Assembly (NCBI GenBank): GCA_026936335.1
Contig: JAPMXV010000067.1
Span: forward strand, 310,001 to 374,000
From: Mantamonas sphyraenae STR306
Lineage: Eukaryota; Protista; CRuMs
Length of the DNA: 64,000 nucleotides
Direction: 5' to 3'
Below are positions 24,419 through 36,800 of this stretch, piece after piece. The first letter of the stretch is position 1; the number at the start of each line of letters is the position of its first letter. A program made the translations under genes and the position numbers. The notes under the pieces are model-generated. The model was not told the origin of the DNA, made no database searches, and saw only the letters and a program-made list of their open reading frames with translations.

Positions 24419-27400
24419 TCAAATGTCTGTGGTCACCACACGGTCGCTGGCCTGTACCAGCAACAGCGGTGGCAGCGAGTCGGTCAACGTGGACAAGTCC
24501 TGATGGTACTCCTGCAGATCACGCACCTGCACGTTGGCCATGTTTGGCATGGTGATGAACAGAACCGCCGTCCGTTCGCTGTGCTTCAGAAGCAGCTCGT
24601 TCAACACCAGGTGGCGCTCGTTCGACGTCAGCGAACGGAAATTCAACTCCGGCTCTTCGCCCGAGCTCCTCTTGCTGTTGCTGTTGCTGTTGCTATTGCC
24701 GCTGCTCCCGCTGCTGTTCTTCTTGTACGAGCCGGATGATCGCTTGCCCTTGTCCCATGAGGTTGCATCCGCACCACTGCCACTGCCACTGTCACTGCCG
24801 CCGTGGTTCGCATTGGCACTCTCGCGCTGCACAACCAGACGATCGTAGCTGCGCAGATATGTGCCCTCGATGGGCACCACTACAATCTCGGCCTCGATGC
24901 GCAGATCGTCAAGCAGCTCTTGCAGGTTGCTCTTCTCCTCGGCCACCTGCTCGGGCGTGTCCACAAAATTGAGCACACGCAGGCGGGTGTTGTTCAGCCA
25001 CACGTCTGTCTGCGACACAATGTGGCCCAGCAGCAGCGCAAGGCTCACTGTGTCCTGGTCCGACCATCCTCCGTCCGACACAGCCCACACGTCGATTGTC
25101 GTCATTTGCTCACGACGCTCGCCAAAGAAGCCGCGCTCTGCACCCTGCTTGGCAATGGCTGCCTTGTCAAGCTTGTCAAAGTGTCGTGCAACCACAAGGT
25201 TCTTTTTCAGCACCGAGGCGTCGCGGACCATGGCGTAAAACTCCTCCATGTCACGAATGTTGCTGCCCTCCTCGCTGCCGCCGCCACTGCTGCTGCTGTT
25301 GTCGCGCAGGTGCGGAAACTGTTCCAGAATGGTGTACAGCTCGTCTTCCTTGCGCTTCTTGCGCAGCATCATGCTGGACGGCGTGTGTGGACGCTGGCCC
25401 TCGTTGCCCGGCTCGTAGAAGCCCACCACCACCGTGTTGGGCTTCATGCCTCCCAGACCGCACGTCAGCATCAGGTTTTGTGCACCGTTTCGCACTGTGG
25501 GCGCCACCACAACCTCTGTGAAGGCCTTGAACATGCTCAGCGACACAAGGTCCAGGTAGGCCTTTTGCAGCGAGGCAAGCTGTGCTGTGCAGTCCTCCAG
25601 CTGACCCGTGAGCACGTGGCCCAGCACAAACAGACCTCCCTTCTTCATGTTGTTGGAAAAGTCGATCAGGTTGTACGACGAGCGAGGGTTGGACACCAGC
25701 AGCAGCACCTGCGGACGCCAGTACTTGACGTGGCTCTTGCGCACGTCGAGACGCAGCAGGTACTTGCGCACCTGGTGGTAGATCAGAGCCTGCGAGATGT
25801 CGCCCCAGGACGCAGGCGGCGAGTGGTAGTGGATGTAGATGAAGAGGAGGATCATCACCACGCAGGAGAGGGCCGCGTACACGGCCTCCACGTAGAACAT
25901 GACAAAGAGGATGCCCAGCGCACCCAGAAGCGACGTTCCCCAATGGAAGTACTTGAAGTGGGGGCGGAAGTTTGGCGCACCGGTCACCGTCAATGCAAAG
26001 CACGCAAAGTTGACTGCAAAGTAGGAGATGAGAAAGAACATGGTGGCAATGGGCGCCACAATGTTCAGCTTGCCCACGACCAGGAAGGCCTGGATGAGGA
26101 ACCACGAGCACATGACCGCACGGCGCGGCTCGTCCGAGCTGCCCGAGCCCTTCTTGAAAGGTGCCAGCACAGGGATGAGATCGTCGCGGGCCAGGGCCTG
26201 CAGAATGCGAGAGGAGCCAATGATGGCGCCCAAAGCAGACGAGAGGGTGGCGCAAAAGATGCCAGCTGCAACGATCCAGGGCACAGAGACGCTCTGGAGG
26301 ATAAAGTAGTCGTGACGGAGGGCATGGTTGGTGACGGTGGATGCCAGGAGGACAACCAGAAACAGGTACATGACCAGGGTGGTGCCGATGGCGGCAAGGG
26401 TGCCGCGCGGGATGGAGCGACCCGGGTTTGCCAGATCACCACTCATGTTGGCGCCTGCCATGATGCCCGTGGTGGCCGGGAAGAAGATGGCAAACACGGT
26501 CTGGAATGACATCATGCGGCCACTCTCGTAGTCCAGGCTGTAGTTGGGGTCCAGGTTCTGGGCAAAAGTGGCGTCGCTGAACGAGGTGAAGCCGATGGCC
26601 ACGTTGGCCGGAGCAAAGATGAGCGAGCCCATGGACACGACAATGGCCACCATGAGGACGGCAAAGATGACAATGGAGGTTTTGGCAAAGGCCTCTGCGC
26701 CCACCAGGCAGATGACAGTGAGGAGTGCCAGGACCAGCGAGGCATACAGGAACTTGTACCAGTGGGTCTGGGGCAGCGTGTCGCCAAACGTGTGTGCCAG
26801 CGCATCGGTGAATCCCACCATGTACAAGGCTCCTGCAGCCACGTTGGCAAAGTAAAAGATGAGGCCGATGGAGCCTCCAAACTCGGGGCCAAGGGCACGG
26901 CTGATCATGTAGTACGCACCTCCTCCCTTCATCTTGCCATTGGTAGAAATGGCGGAAATGGAAAGGGTGGTCAGTGTGATCAGGGCGTAGCCAAGAAAGA
27001 ACATGCCAAACGTCTCGTACAAACCGGCCTACAGGCACATGGCGCACGCCGAGGCGGGCCACACATCGATGGGTGTGATTCGCACGGAAAGCACAGCCGG
27101 ACGTGTCAGTGTCGATGTTGCAAACGCGTGCGTGGCAGCGGCGGCGAGGCGAGGGAGCGAGCGTCGGAGGGAAGACCGAGCTTTGTTGCAGCAAACGGAC
27201 GCAGTGAGAGACGGCGCATGCAGCCGGCGGAGCAAGCGGTGTGTGATGAGCAGGCGTATGGGAACATGCACACAAGAAGGACACTCACCTGGCCAATTTG
27301 CCATCCCAGTCGCTCAAAGAGGATGACACCGAAAATGCTGAGCATGCACGGCACATACACACCCATGAAGGTGGAAAGACCGCCCGATGCAGCACCCTTG

Positions 27401-27589
27401 GACTGAATGGTTGAAGAACCATCTGCAGACGTTCCAGGGAGGCTCTGGTACGAATGAAAGTCGCTCTCGCTGCGGGAGAAAGGGCAAAGAGGTTGGCTGT
27501 TGTTAGCAGGTGCCAGGGGGTGGGTGTGACCTTGCTGACAAGACGGCGCAGTGGAAAACTAACGAAGAGCCACTGGTGAATTCTTGCAT
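24419..27589 (-). CDS. SLC12A9: Cation-chloride cotransporter family member, SLC12A9-like
   Basis: LSTFMGVYVPC, SAISTNG, GGAYYMISRALGPEFGGSIG, FPATTGIMAGANMSGDL and YHQVRKYLLRLDVRKSHVKYWRPQ. Introns 27470-27563 and 27029-27288. Alternative start at 27613. Confidence 0.9.
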
Positions 27590-27650
27590 TCGTCGTTCTC
27601 GTGTGGACAACATGGAATGCGTGCGAGAAGAAATCCTTGCCTCCGCTGGC

Positions 27651-29342
27651 TCAGCGTCGCCCAAACGTCGACGTGGGAAACTTGAGCTCACTGGGAGTCA
27701 CATTTGTCCCACTGATGGTCTGTTGTTCGGAAATGGCTTTGATCTCCTGCTCCATTTCAGCAAGAATCGGCGGTTTCTTGCTGCTGAGCGAAGTGGAACG
27801 TTCGCGGCGGGTGACGATCTCCACTTCTGTCTTTTTCAACTGCGGGATGGCACAGGGCAGGAACGGAGGGGCGGGGTCAGTAACTGAACACACACACACA
27901 CACAGCAGGAGCGCGGAGGACCCCGTTGCGACGTACAGATCTGCGGTTGCGCTTGGACTCTGAGCCCGAGCGAGGGCGGCCATAGGGCTGGGGGTTGGAC
28001 GAGCTGCGTGCACGCTCGCCGACAGTGATGGGTTGGTCGTCTGTGGAGACGTCGGAACTGATGGAGGAGCTGCGTGCGCGACCTCCACTGCCTGGAGAGG
28101 AGACGGACTGCTGGGTCTCTTGGAACGGGGAATCCTGCTCCGGATGGGTGATGTCATGGATGCTTGTGCGTCCCGTCTGCTGGTTGGTTTCTTTGCGCTG
28201 CTGGCGGATAAAGTACTTTTGTGCATGGCTGGCCACTTGCACCGACGTGCGTGTCTGCACAAACTCGTTTGCAATCTTTTTCCACTCGCCACGGCCGTAC
28301 ACCTGCAGGCCACGCAGGAACAACCGGTGCTCCTCCTCTGTCCATGCCTTTCCTTTGCTCGATTTTTTCTTCTCCATGCGTCGCTTGGCTTTGCGCTCGT
28401 CAATGAACGCTGCCGGCCTTGTTGCCTCCCAGTCCGACATCCACACGCTGTGACGGTACTTGGGCAAAGAGATCTCGCCGTTGAGGATGGACTGCATGTA
28501 CGCGGGTGCAAACACGGGTGCACACAAGGTGTTTGGGGCAGAGGGGCGTTCGTGTCAGTGGGTAACGGAGAATTCGCACAAGCGCAGCAGGCTGGGCGCA
28601 GGGGACGCACCTGAACATCCTTGGCGAGCTCGTCATAGCTCTCTTTGATCTGCTCCGAGGTCTTTGTACAGTTGAGAAAGGTGCTGATCTTGTCCCAGCG
28701 ATCGGTGGGGCTGAGGTCGTGGAAGATGTGCAGGCCATTTTCAAACAGCTGCTTCTCTTCGGCAGACCACACGGGAGTGGACAGGGAGATGCCATCATCT
28801 GAATTGGATGCGTGTTTCACGTCCTCCACAGAAAGAGGAAACTGTTTGCGGTCGGTGACGAGAGCGTGCGCTTGCGGAACGTCGTCTTCGTCCATGCCGT
28901 CGTCGTTGAGCCTGCTCAGCGAGTGTGTGGCTTCGTCGCCAAAGCTGCTGTCTGTGCTGCCGCTCATGGTGGACGACGTGGTCACGTTCGACTCTGTCGA
29001 ACCGACCATGGCCAGAAGTGTGGAAGGCACCGAGCTGCCTGTGCTGCCCGTCGATTCGGTGGACATGGACAACTTTAGGAAGCCGTCGTCCTCGTCTGCC
29101 AGGACACACCAACGAGACACAACCAACGCGTGTGAGCACAATCCATGGTACGCCGTTCTCCTCTCACACTTACCGTCGTTGTCCATGGACAAGCTCTGAA
29201 GAAACTGCACACCAAAGCGCACCACCTCTTTGTACGTGCGCGTGCCCACATGGCGCGTCACAGCCTCCCAGTCATGCACTCCGTACTCGCCCAGGGCTTC
29301 CAGCAAACGTGTGCGCTCGTCCGCTCGCAATGGATTGGACAT
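27651..29342 (-). CDS. MYB transcription factor, DIVARICATA-like (SHAQKYF class) with an extra N-terminal SANT repeat
   Basis: [13 protein letters not shown]...DRWDKI and [21 protein letters not shown]...[15 protein letters not shown]...RTSIHDIT. Introns 29096-29173, 28492-28610 and 27840-27936. Confidence 0.85.
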   Translation of the reverse strand: MSNPLRADERTRLLEALGEYGVHDWEAVTRHVGTRTYKEVVRFGVQFLQSLSMDNDGKCERRTAYHGLCSHALVVSRWCVLADEDDGFLKLSMSTESTGSTGSSVPSTLLAMVGSTESNVTTSSTMSGSTDSSFGDEATHSLSRLNDDGMDEDDVPQAHALVTDRKQFPLSVEDVKHASNSDDGISLSTPVWSAEEKQLFENGLHIFHDLSPTDRWDKISTFLNCTKTSEQIKESYDELAKDVQVRPLRPACCACANSPLPTDTNAPLPQTPCVHPCLHPRTCSPSSTARSLCPSTVTACGCRTGRQQGRQRSLTSAKPSDAWRRKNRAKERHGQRRSTGCSCVACRCTAVASGKRLQTSLCRHARRCKWPAMHKSTLSASSAKKPTSRRDAQASMTSPIRSRIPRSKRPSSPSPLQAVEVAHAAPPSVPTSPQTTNPSLSASVHAARPTPSPMAALARAQSPSATADLYVATGSSALLLCVCVCSVTDPAPPFLPCAIPQLKKTEVEIVTRRERSTSLSSKKPPILAEMEQEIKAISEQQTISGTNVTPSELKFPTSTFGRR

Positions 29343-29863
29343 GAACCCCAAAGGAGATGGCTTTTGCGATGCAGCGCGACGTCGGCCAGCTATATTTAAC
29401 ATGCTCGGGCATACGGTCGAGATGCGGGTCATAAACGTACCCGAACATTCTCAACATGTCACGAGCTAGATTCCAAGACATGGCAAATGCGCCAGGACGG
29501 ACCTGGGGCAATTCGCGGACTGCCTGCGCCTGTGTTGCCTCCCTACCTCTTTGATTCACCTTGCCTTGTCTCTCTGCATGTGTCCAGTGTCCCGTTTGTG
29601 TATGGTCCCCACCCAATCGTGTGTGCACCCCTGCTTCTGGCTTGCTTGCGCCCGGTAGCCGACGCCAAAAAGGAACATGCAATTCGCGCTCAGCTCCATT
29701 CCCTCTCCACCTCCCCTTGCCCCTCGTTCGCCATGCTCCATGCACCGCGTGCGACGGGAAAGCACCAACGCAAATGAAACACAAATCAAACCACAAGAAG
29801 AAGCTCCCGCACGATCTTGATTTGATGATGGTTCATTTTCAGAGAGAGGAACGATGGCGGAAA

Positions 29864-32800
29864 TCAAGCGTCGCCGACACCCTGACCCTTGGTGGCAGCA
29901 CCGTCTTCGTTGTTGACAGACAGGGTAGCCATCTCGGTCTGCATAGCGTCGTCGAGCTTGCCGCGAGCGCGCAGGTTCTGCAGGATCTGCGCGTCGGTGG
30001 GGCGGTAGTTGCGGAAATAGTAGGAGAGCACGTAGTCGGGGAGCAAGCACATGACAGGCACCAGCAGCAGCATGAGGTAAAAGAGAGGCTGGTCGATCCA
30101 CATGGCCCACACGTTGTACATGTTGGGGAAGGCCTGCAGCGAGTTGAGCACGCTGATGAAAAACACGTAGAAGGCCAGCGAGCCCCAGATGCCAAAGTGT
30201 GTCAACTTTGTCCAGTACTGCGTGACCAGACACAGCTTCAGGGTCACTGTCAGCACGGCGTATGTGCAGGTCAGCGTTCCCATGGACCACATGCCTACAG
30301 ACAGGCCGTCGCTGCGCACAATGTCGTTGAAGTCAAACACGTAGTAGGTGCTGAAGAACAGCACAAACGAGTGCCAGATGGCCGTGCCCAACCAGATGAG
30401 CAGCGAGCGCGCATTGAACATCTTCCCTTGCTGGATCTCCCGGTATGCAAACGGGAAGCGCTGGATGAGCTCCCGGCTCAGATCCTGCTCGAAGCAGCCG
30501 GTCAGGAAGATGGGAAGAGAGGTGAAAAAGATGTTGAACGCAGACAGGAGGTAGGAGTGGTACAACGTCTGGCCCGTCCAGCCGTCGTAGATTGAAAACC
30601 AGAACTGCGGAAAGGTGAAGGCCAGGTTCTTGTAGAACGAGTACTGGATGATCATCACAATGCGCAGGTAGGACCAGCGTCCATGCTTGGCCAGCAGCGG
30701 GCGCAGGTGGCGGAACTCGGTGATGGCGTAGTCCGACGCACGCGCGGCCTGAGTGCCCTCGCGTCCAAAGATGCCCACGCCCACGTGTGCCTCCTGGATC
30801 ATGGACACGTCGTTGGCGCCGTCTCCCACGGACAAACAGATCGTCTTGCCCCAGGTCTTGATGAGACGCACGACCAGCGCCTTTTCCAGGGGGGTCACAC
30901 GGCAACAGATGACACTCTTGCACACGCTGGTCAGCTGCATCAGCAGAGGAGCACGCTCACGCAGGGCCCAGCCCAGCGAACGGCCACCAATCACGAGTGC
31001 GAGCGGGTTCTTGGGCGGCTTGTCCGGGTTGGTGTACATCTTGGCCCACTTGAGAAGCATTTTGCCGACGTCTTCGGTGGCAGGGCCCGCAGGCACTTCC
31101 AGAAGCTCCATGTCGTCCACGAGCAGCTTGGAGCTGTAGCCAATGTTGATGGCCGTCTCCTGCTTGTCGCCCGTGAGCACCCACACGTGGATGTTGCAGT
31201 CCAGCAGGTACTGGATGGTCTCAGCAACCTCCTCCTGCAGCTTGTCCTCGATGGCCGTGGCACCGAGCAACTTAAAGTCACGCTCCATCACATCCGACGC
31301 CGTTTCCATCTTCTGGCGGCGTGCGTCGATGCTGGCGTTGGCTTCAATCCACATGCGTTCCCAGTCCAGGAACTCGCGCTCGGACAGCTCACGCATGCAT
31401 ACAACCAGGGTGCGCAGACCCTCCTTGGCCATGGTGGCCAGGTGCTCGTCTGTGTTGCTCTGCAGCTGCTGGTTCGAGTCGTTGGCCAGGCGGTCAAACA
31501 TGATGTTGTCGGCGCCCTTTGCGTACAAGGTCACGGTGCCGTTCTCATCCCGCACAATGATGCTCATGCGACGACGGGCCGAGGAAAACTCGATGATGGC
31601 CAGCACCTCAAAGATGTGTTCCTGGCCGTGGATTTCCACCGTCAGGGTGGTGGTGGTCTTGCGCGTCAGAGCGTAGCCACACGACTCGGCTGCACGCAGC
31701 AGGGCGGCCTCGTCGGGCGACTGGGCCTGGTAGATGATTTGATCGGTCTTGGGGTCGCGCTCGGGCACGGCGGTGTGGCAGAGGCAAAGGCAGAGCAAAA
31801 AGTGGTGGATTTGAGCCTGCAGCTCTGCGTTGCCGCTTGCGTGTGCACTGGCGATGGTACTGGCAGAGAACATGAGACCATTGATGGAGCACTTGGCAAA
31901 CTCCATCTTGTTTTCCGTCAGGGTGCCGGTCTTGTCTGAAAAGATGTACTCGATCTGGCCGAGCTCCTCGTTGAGGTTGGACGTCTTTGCAGTCATGTGC
32001 ACGACCTGCTTGCCTGCACGTGAGGCATCCAGTTCGATCTTGCCCTTGCTCTTGTTCTTGCGGATCTTGCTCAGGCGCGAGGGCTTCTGGGCAATCAGCG
32101 GGGCGTCGCCCTCGTCAAACTCGGTGGTGAGATCGAGGTCGACCTCCATAAACTTGACCTGCACCAGACGCACCAGCTCAAGGGTAACGACCAGCGAGAT
32201 GGGAATCATGGTGTTGAACAGGATGAAGTAGGTGAAGAAGTTGCGAATGGCAAACTGGACGGGCTCGAGCTCGAGGCCACCGATGTAGCCCATAACGCGC
32301 ACCTCCTGGTCCTGGAAGAAGCCCGAAAAGACGGCGGCGACGAGGCAGCAGGCCATCTGGAAGGCAAAGATGAGGATGACGTACTTGTTGAGGCGGCGCT
32401 CGGTTGTGGAGAGCTTGGAAGGCGAAGGCTGCTGGTTGAGGAAGATCTTTGTGTCGACACCGGTGTAGACAACAATGCCGTAGGCAAAGGCGGTGTTGCG
32501 CAGACGAGCGCCGCGCAGAAGCAGATTCTTTGCGCTGAGGGGCTCGTAGCTGACCACGGCCTGCGAGACCACAGCGCTATCGGCCTCGACACTGGCCATC
32601 TGAGCATGGCTTGGGCGCACGAGCTCGCTGCTGAAGCGGCCATTGAACTCAAAGAGGTGCTCGTTGGGCGGCTCGCAGCTGATACTGCCTTGGATCTGAG
32701 TGACCTCCTGCTCGGTGCGGAAACGCAGAGTCGATGTCATGGAACGGCGCATCTTGAGGTTTGTTTCGCTGCAGATAGACGCGTGCGGGAGGTAGGAGGT

Positions 32801-33664
32801 GTGTGGAGGGTGAACGGGGGAGCGTGTGAGGCGCGCGGACCGGGTTGGGGTGGGGGCGTGGAGCGAGCGGACCGGAGGAGAAAAGAAAAAAACGGCAAAC
32901 GCGCTCAAGGAAGGAAAAACGCACCCGTCAAGATTGGCTGTTTCGATGTAGCAGATGCCTTCATCGTCGTTGCTGCTGACGGTGATCATGTCTGCGGGGA
33001 AAGTCTGGCCTCGCTGGACGTAGACGATGTCTCCCACGACGATGTCCTTGGAGAAAACGGTTTGCAAGGTGCCGTCGCGAAGCACCTCGTACTGGGCGTA
33101 GTTTGTGGCGTGGTCAGCCTTGTAGCGACCCTGTGGTGGGCAACAGGTGAAGCAAGGATGGTCAATGGGCACGAGGGTGAGCATGGGGACGGAGTCGGTT
33201 TGGGGTCGGGGCCGGTGTGGGGCGGGCAAGGAACAAATCGAGCGTATGGGACGACGAGGCCGCAAGGAAGAAAAACGCACGTAGTCCTCGATGGCTTCCT
33301 TGATGGCCGAAAGAGTCAACACAAAGATGAGAGGCACCAAGGAGGTGATGGGTGGTAACGGTGAGATGATTCGGATGGATTGAATAATCACGACGACCAA
33401 AAAGTAGAAGTTGGAGACTCGTCGGAACTGCTCGAAAAGATTCTTGGGCAGGAAGGTGAGTGGGGTGTACTTGGTGGTGCGGATGATGTTGCTCGGGTAG
33501 CCACGCTCATCATTGGCCCGCGAGTTGTTGAACTCGACCATGTAGTCCTCTTCGTCCTGTGTGTGGGCAAGGGTTGTGTGAGGTGTTTGCACGCGGAGGA
33601 AAAAGAGGGGCCCCACAAACCAAAACACTCGGTTCCAACCACATACCATTGCCAGATCCACCAT
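29864..33664 (-). CDS. P4-type ATPase (phospholipid flippase)
   Basis: TTKYT..TFLPKNLFEQF, IETANLDGETNLK, PISL, DKTGTLTEN, SPDE, TGDKQETA and GDGANDVSMIQ. In-frame introns 33557-33646, 33131-33280 and 32769-32924. Confidence 0.95.
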   Translation of the reverse strand: MVDLAMVCGWNRVFWFVGPLFFLRVQTPHTTLAHTQDEEDYMVEFNNSRANDERGYPSNIIRTTKYTPLTFLPKNLFEQFRRVSNFYFLVVVIIQSIRIISPLPPITSLVPLIFVLTLSAIKEAIEDYVRFSSLRPRRPIRSICSLPAPHRPRPQTDSVPMLTLVPIDHPCFTCCPPQGRYKADHATNYAQYEVLRDGTLQTVFSKDIVVGDIVYVQRGQTFPADMITVSSNDDEGICYIETANLDGCVFPSLSAFAVFFFSPPVRSLHAPTPTRSARLTRSPVHPPHTSYLPHASICSETNLKMRRSMTSTLRFRTEQEVTQIQGSISCEPPNEHLFEFNGRFSSELVRPSHAQMASVEADSAVVSQAVVSYEPLSAKNLLLRGARLRNTAFAYGIVVYTGVDTKIFLNQQPSPSKLSTTERRLNKYVILIFAFQMACCLVAAVFSGFFQDQEVRVMGYIGGLELEPVQFAIRNFFTYFILFNTMIPISLVVTLELVRLVQVKFMEVDLDLTTEFDEGDAPLIAQKPSRLSKIRKNKSKGKIELDASRAGKQVVHMTAKTSNLNEELGQIEYIFSDKTGTLTENKMEFAKCSINGLMFSASTIASAHASGNAELQAQIHHFLLCLCLCHTAVPERDPKTDQIIYQAQSPDEAALLRAAESCGYALTRKTTTTLTVEIHGQEHIFEVLAIIEFSSARRRMSIIVRDENGTVTLYAKGADNIMFDRLANDSNQQLQSNTDEHLATMAKEGLRTLVVCMRELSEREFLDWERMWIEANASIDARRQKMETASDVMERDFKLLGATAIEDKLQEEVAETIQYLLDCNIHVWVLTGDKQETAINIGYSSKLLVDDMELLEVPAGPATEDVGKMLLKWAKMYTNPDKPPKNPLALVIGGRSLGWALRERAPLLMQLTSVCKSVICCRVTPLEKALVVRLIKTWGKTICLSVGDGANDVSMIQEAHVGVGIFGREGTQAARASDYAITEFRHLRPLLAKHGRWSYLRIVMIIQYSFYKNLAFTFPQFWFSIYDGWTGQTLYHSYLLSAFNIFFTSLPIFLTGCFEQDLSRELIQRFPFAYREIQQGKMFNARSLLIWLGTAIWHSFVLFFSTYYVFDFNDIVRSDGLSVGMWSMGTLTCTYAVLTVTLKLCLVTQYWTKLTHFGIWGSLAFYVFFISVLNSLQAFPNMYNVWAMWIDQPLFYLMLLLVPVMCLLPDYVLSYYFRNYRPTDAQILQNLRARGKLDDAMQTEMATLSVNNEDGAATKGQGVGDA

Positions 33665-33883
33665 GTTCGAAGCTGGAGCAGAGCGACAAGACGGTGCGGA
33701 GCACAGGACAAGTGGCGATGGGTGCTGTGTCAGTATGTGGCTGGCAAAACGACGAAAGAGAAACCGGTGAGCAAAACGCGTCTGGAGCGTGGCAAACACA
33801 CAGAATGATTCACGTTGACCTGCGAGCGCAGACGCTGCACACACACAATTTCATCGAATTTCCCACGCACATCGCTGCGAATC

Positions 33884-36800
33884 TCACGCAGGCTTGGTCT
33901 GATAGTGGTAGATGTAGCTGCCGAGAAGGATGAAAGCAAAGAGAACGCTGGTGACGCTGATGAGAATCCACAGCGTCTCGAGGCGCAGCGGAGGCTCGTA
34001 GACGTAAACCTTAAAGTAGGCGTCGAGCTCGCACCTGCTCTCGCTGACAAAGACGGCGCGGAAGTGGTAGAGCTGCTCGCCCTCGAAGCGGATGCCATGG
34101 AACTGGGTTGGGTCGAGGACGACGGCGGCCTGTCCGGCGGGATCATTGGCGCAGTTGAGGGTCTCGGTGTGGTTGAAGCAGTAGTCACGACGACCATTGA
34201 TCTCTTCAAGGCGGTACAGGGAGGTGGAGGGCAGCTGGCGGCCATCTTGCTGGATGACAAACTTGGGCGCATAGGCGTTCTGGTAAAACACGCGTTCGAC
34301 CCGATCCACACAGTCTGTGTCACGCGGCAAGTTGGAGAAGCGCAGAGCGTCTGTGCAGCCACACTGAGCTCGGTTGGCCGCGCCTTCACAGCGACCGTAT
34401 TGGCCGGTGCGCTTGGAAATGGACCAAATATCGTTGTGGCGGGGTTTGGATGGGTCGGCATGGTATATGAGCTTAGTGATGGGCACAGCGGTGCCATTGA
34501 TGCTGGGAGGGCGGTAGTTGATGGGCAAGGTCTCTGCGACAGGGGTGCCGTCGGCGGCGGTGAGGTCGCTGTTGAGAAAGTCATCGCGGCTGTACGGGAC
34601 GCTCAGGGCAATGGTTTTGGATGGGGGGCAGCCTACCACCACCGTGCGCACAACCTTGTTCTTGTTGAGACACTGGAGTGAGGGCGAAAGCGTGCTGACG
34701 ATGAGGGAGGTTGTTCCGCTCTCGGCAAAGCTTGTGATGGAGAGATTGAGCAGCTGGTACGACGTGCCGTTGATGGTGGCTCGTACTCGGCCTTGGGTGA
34801 CGCGAACCAGTTTCGGATTGGTGACGCTGACCAGAAACTCGACCGATTCTGGAGCCACGGCAAAGGTGAGCTGAAGGACGTCGCCGACATCCAAGTAAAC
34901 GACGCGGACGCCCTGAAAGGTGGATTCGAGTTCCAGAAACTCGATGACGTCGCAGGTGACCTCACGACGGCTGTACACGCGCTGGCGGGAATGCAGCGGC
35001 CAGGCGTAGGCGTCAAAGCCTGGTTCAGGGTTCCACAGGTGCCACTGACCGGGCGAATACACTGTTGGTTGACCCAGTGAACGGACCACGGCCAGCTGTG
35101 CATGTGTGGTGTTTGCTACGTGTTGTACACGCGCCCATCCGGTGGATGGTACCTCAAGGACCATGCCCACGTGTGCTTGGAGCCAGACAAAGTCGACATC
35201 CGGAACACCGGTGTCAACCACGGCCCACACAGCCCCTGAGGCTTCGGCCGCAAGGAGGCGCAGCTGCTGCCAGGCGACAGCGGCACTGTCGTTGTAGTCG
35301 CGCATGTCGTACAATGCCCACTGCTGTGCAGGGACAGCGGCGTAGGAGCGGGGCACGAGAACAGTGCGCACGTCCATGTGGCTGGCATTGACAAAGCGCA
35401 GGAGCACAAAAGAACCATAATTGGCCACGATAGTCTTTCCCACGTCGGCTGCGGTCCAGCCACAGGTACGATTGGTGGACTGTGCAAGCGAGGCACACAA
35501 GGAGGTCGAACCAGGGTTCCTGAGACGGACGCGCAACAGCTGGCCGACTGCATCTTGGGCCCCGATGCTGGCGGAGCGATTGCCAAAGTCGAGGCCAAAG
35601 CCAAACACGGGACGGCCACTCTCGGGAGCAGGGCTCTCGGACAGAGTGTCGGCCAGGAGACGCAGGGTGCTGATTGCGGCGTCGCTGCGCACAGCCATGT
35701 TGAGACTGGGCTGGCTGGACCGTGAGGACAGGGTGACTGTGGATGCGTCCACGTTTGTGTCTGTGTCTTGTGTGGTGGTGGTGTAGAAGCCGCCAGCCAT
35801 GGCAAGCTGCGTGAGGCGGCGCTGGTTGGGCGAGAGCTGCTCGCCGTGCACGAGAAGGGATCCGCTTTGGGTGGTGAGAATATCGTTGTCCAGCGTGACC
35901 AATGAGCCGTTGGACACGACGCTGCTCCTATGGGTCATGACCGCCATGGCCAGCATGTCTGTGCGTGACAGTGGCATGGCAGCCAGGGCATAGCGTTCAC
36001 TGTCGTAGCGGATGGAGTTTGTGGGCGCCAGGATGGCAGCCTCGGTGGACAGAGCAGTGACGCGCAGCCAGTCTGCGTGCAGGGCCGTTGCACCTGGTGT
36101 GGCCTGGAAGCCCAATGGATAGCGTGACAAGTGTACCCCTGCGTATGAGTGGCGAGGAAAGCGTGCTTCGAGGAGACGCAGGACGCCCAGGTCGTCGTAG
36201 TGGATGGCACGCATGGAGCGGACCTGGACGTCGTCAAAGCCATCGGGCTGGGTGGGCATGGTCACTTGGGCCACTCCAGACGCACCGGGGCAGCTATGGA
36301 TGACGCGACCACGTGTGGTGGAGGCGGCGAAGCAATCGTCAGCACGGTTGGTGGTGACCTCATCAAAGAGCTCGTCGGAGCCCTCGGGAAGTATGTACAG
36401 AAGACGGAAGTTGTAACCCGAGGATGTGGAGAGCCACAGGTGGTTCCCGTAGGCGAGAATGAGTCCGGCAGTGCGTGAGGATTGGACGATGCCACGCGGG
36501 TAGAAGGTGGCAGGGAACCGGAAACCACGATGCCAGCCGACGGTGGTGTTGTCCGATGCATGTTCGTGGAGCAACACCTGTGCCTGATCCGTGCCATTGG
36601 TCACCAGATACACAGAAAGATCGAGGTCGTAGTTGCGCGCCGCGCCCAGAAACCAATGGTTGGTTTCGAGATGGCCGAGGTCCAACGATGTCCATGGGAC
36701 ATGCAGGCGGTACCAGCGGTCGTGGCTGCGTGTGCCACTAAACACCAAATGTGCACCGCGACCCTCCTGTTCAGCCTGCCCTGTGGGTGCCCCAAAAGCC

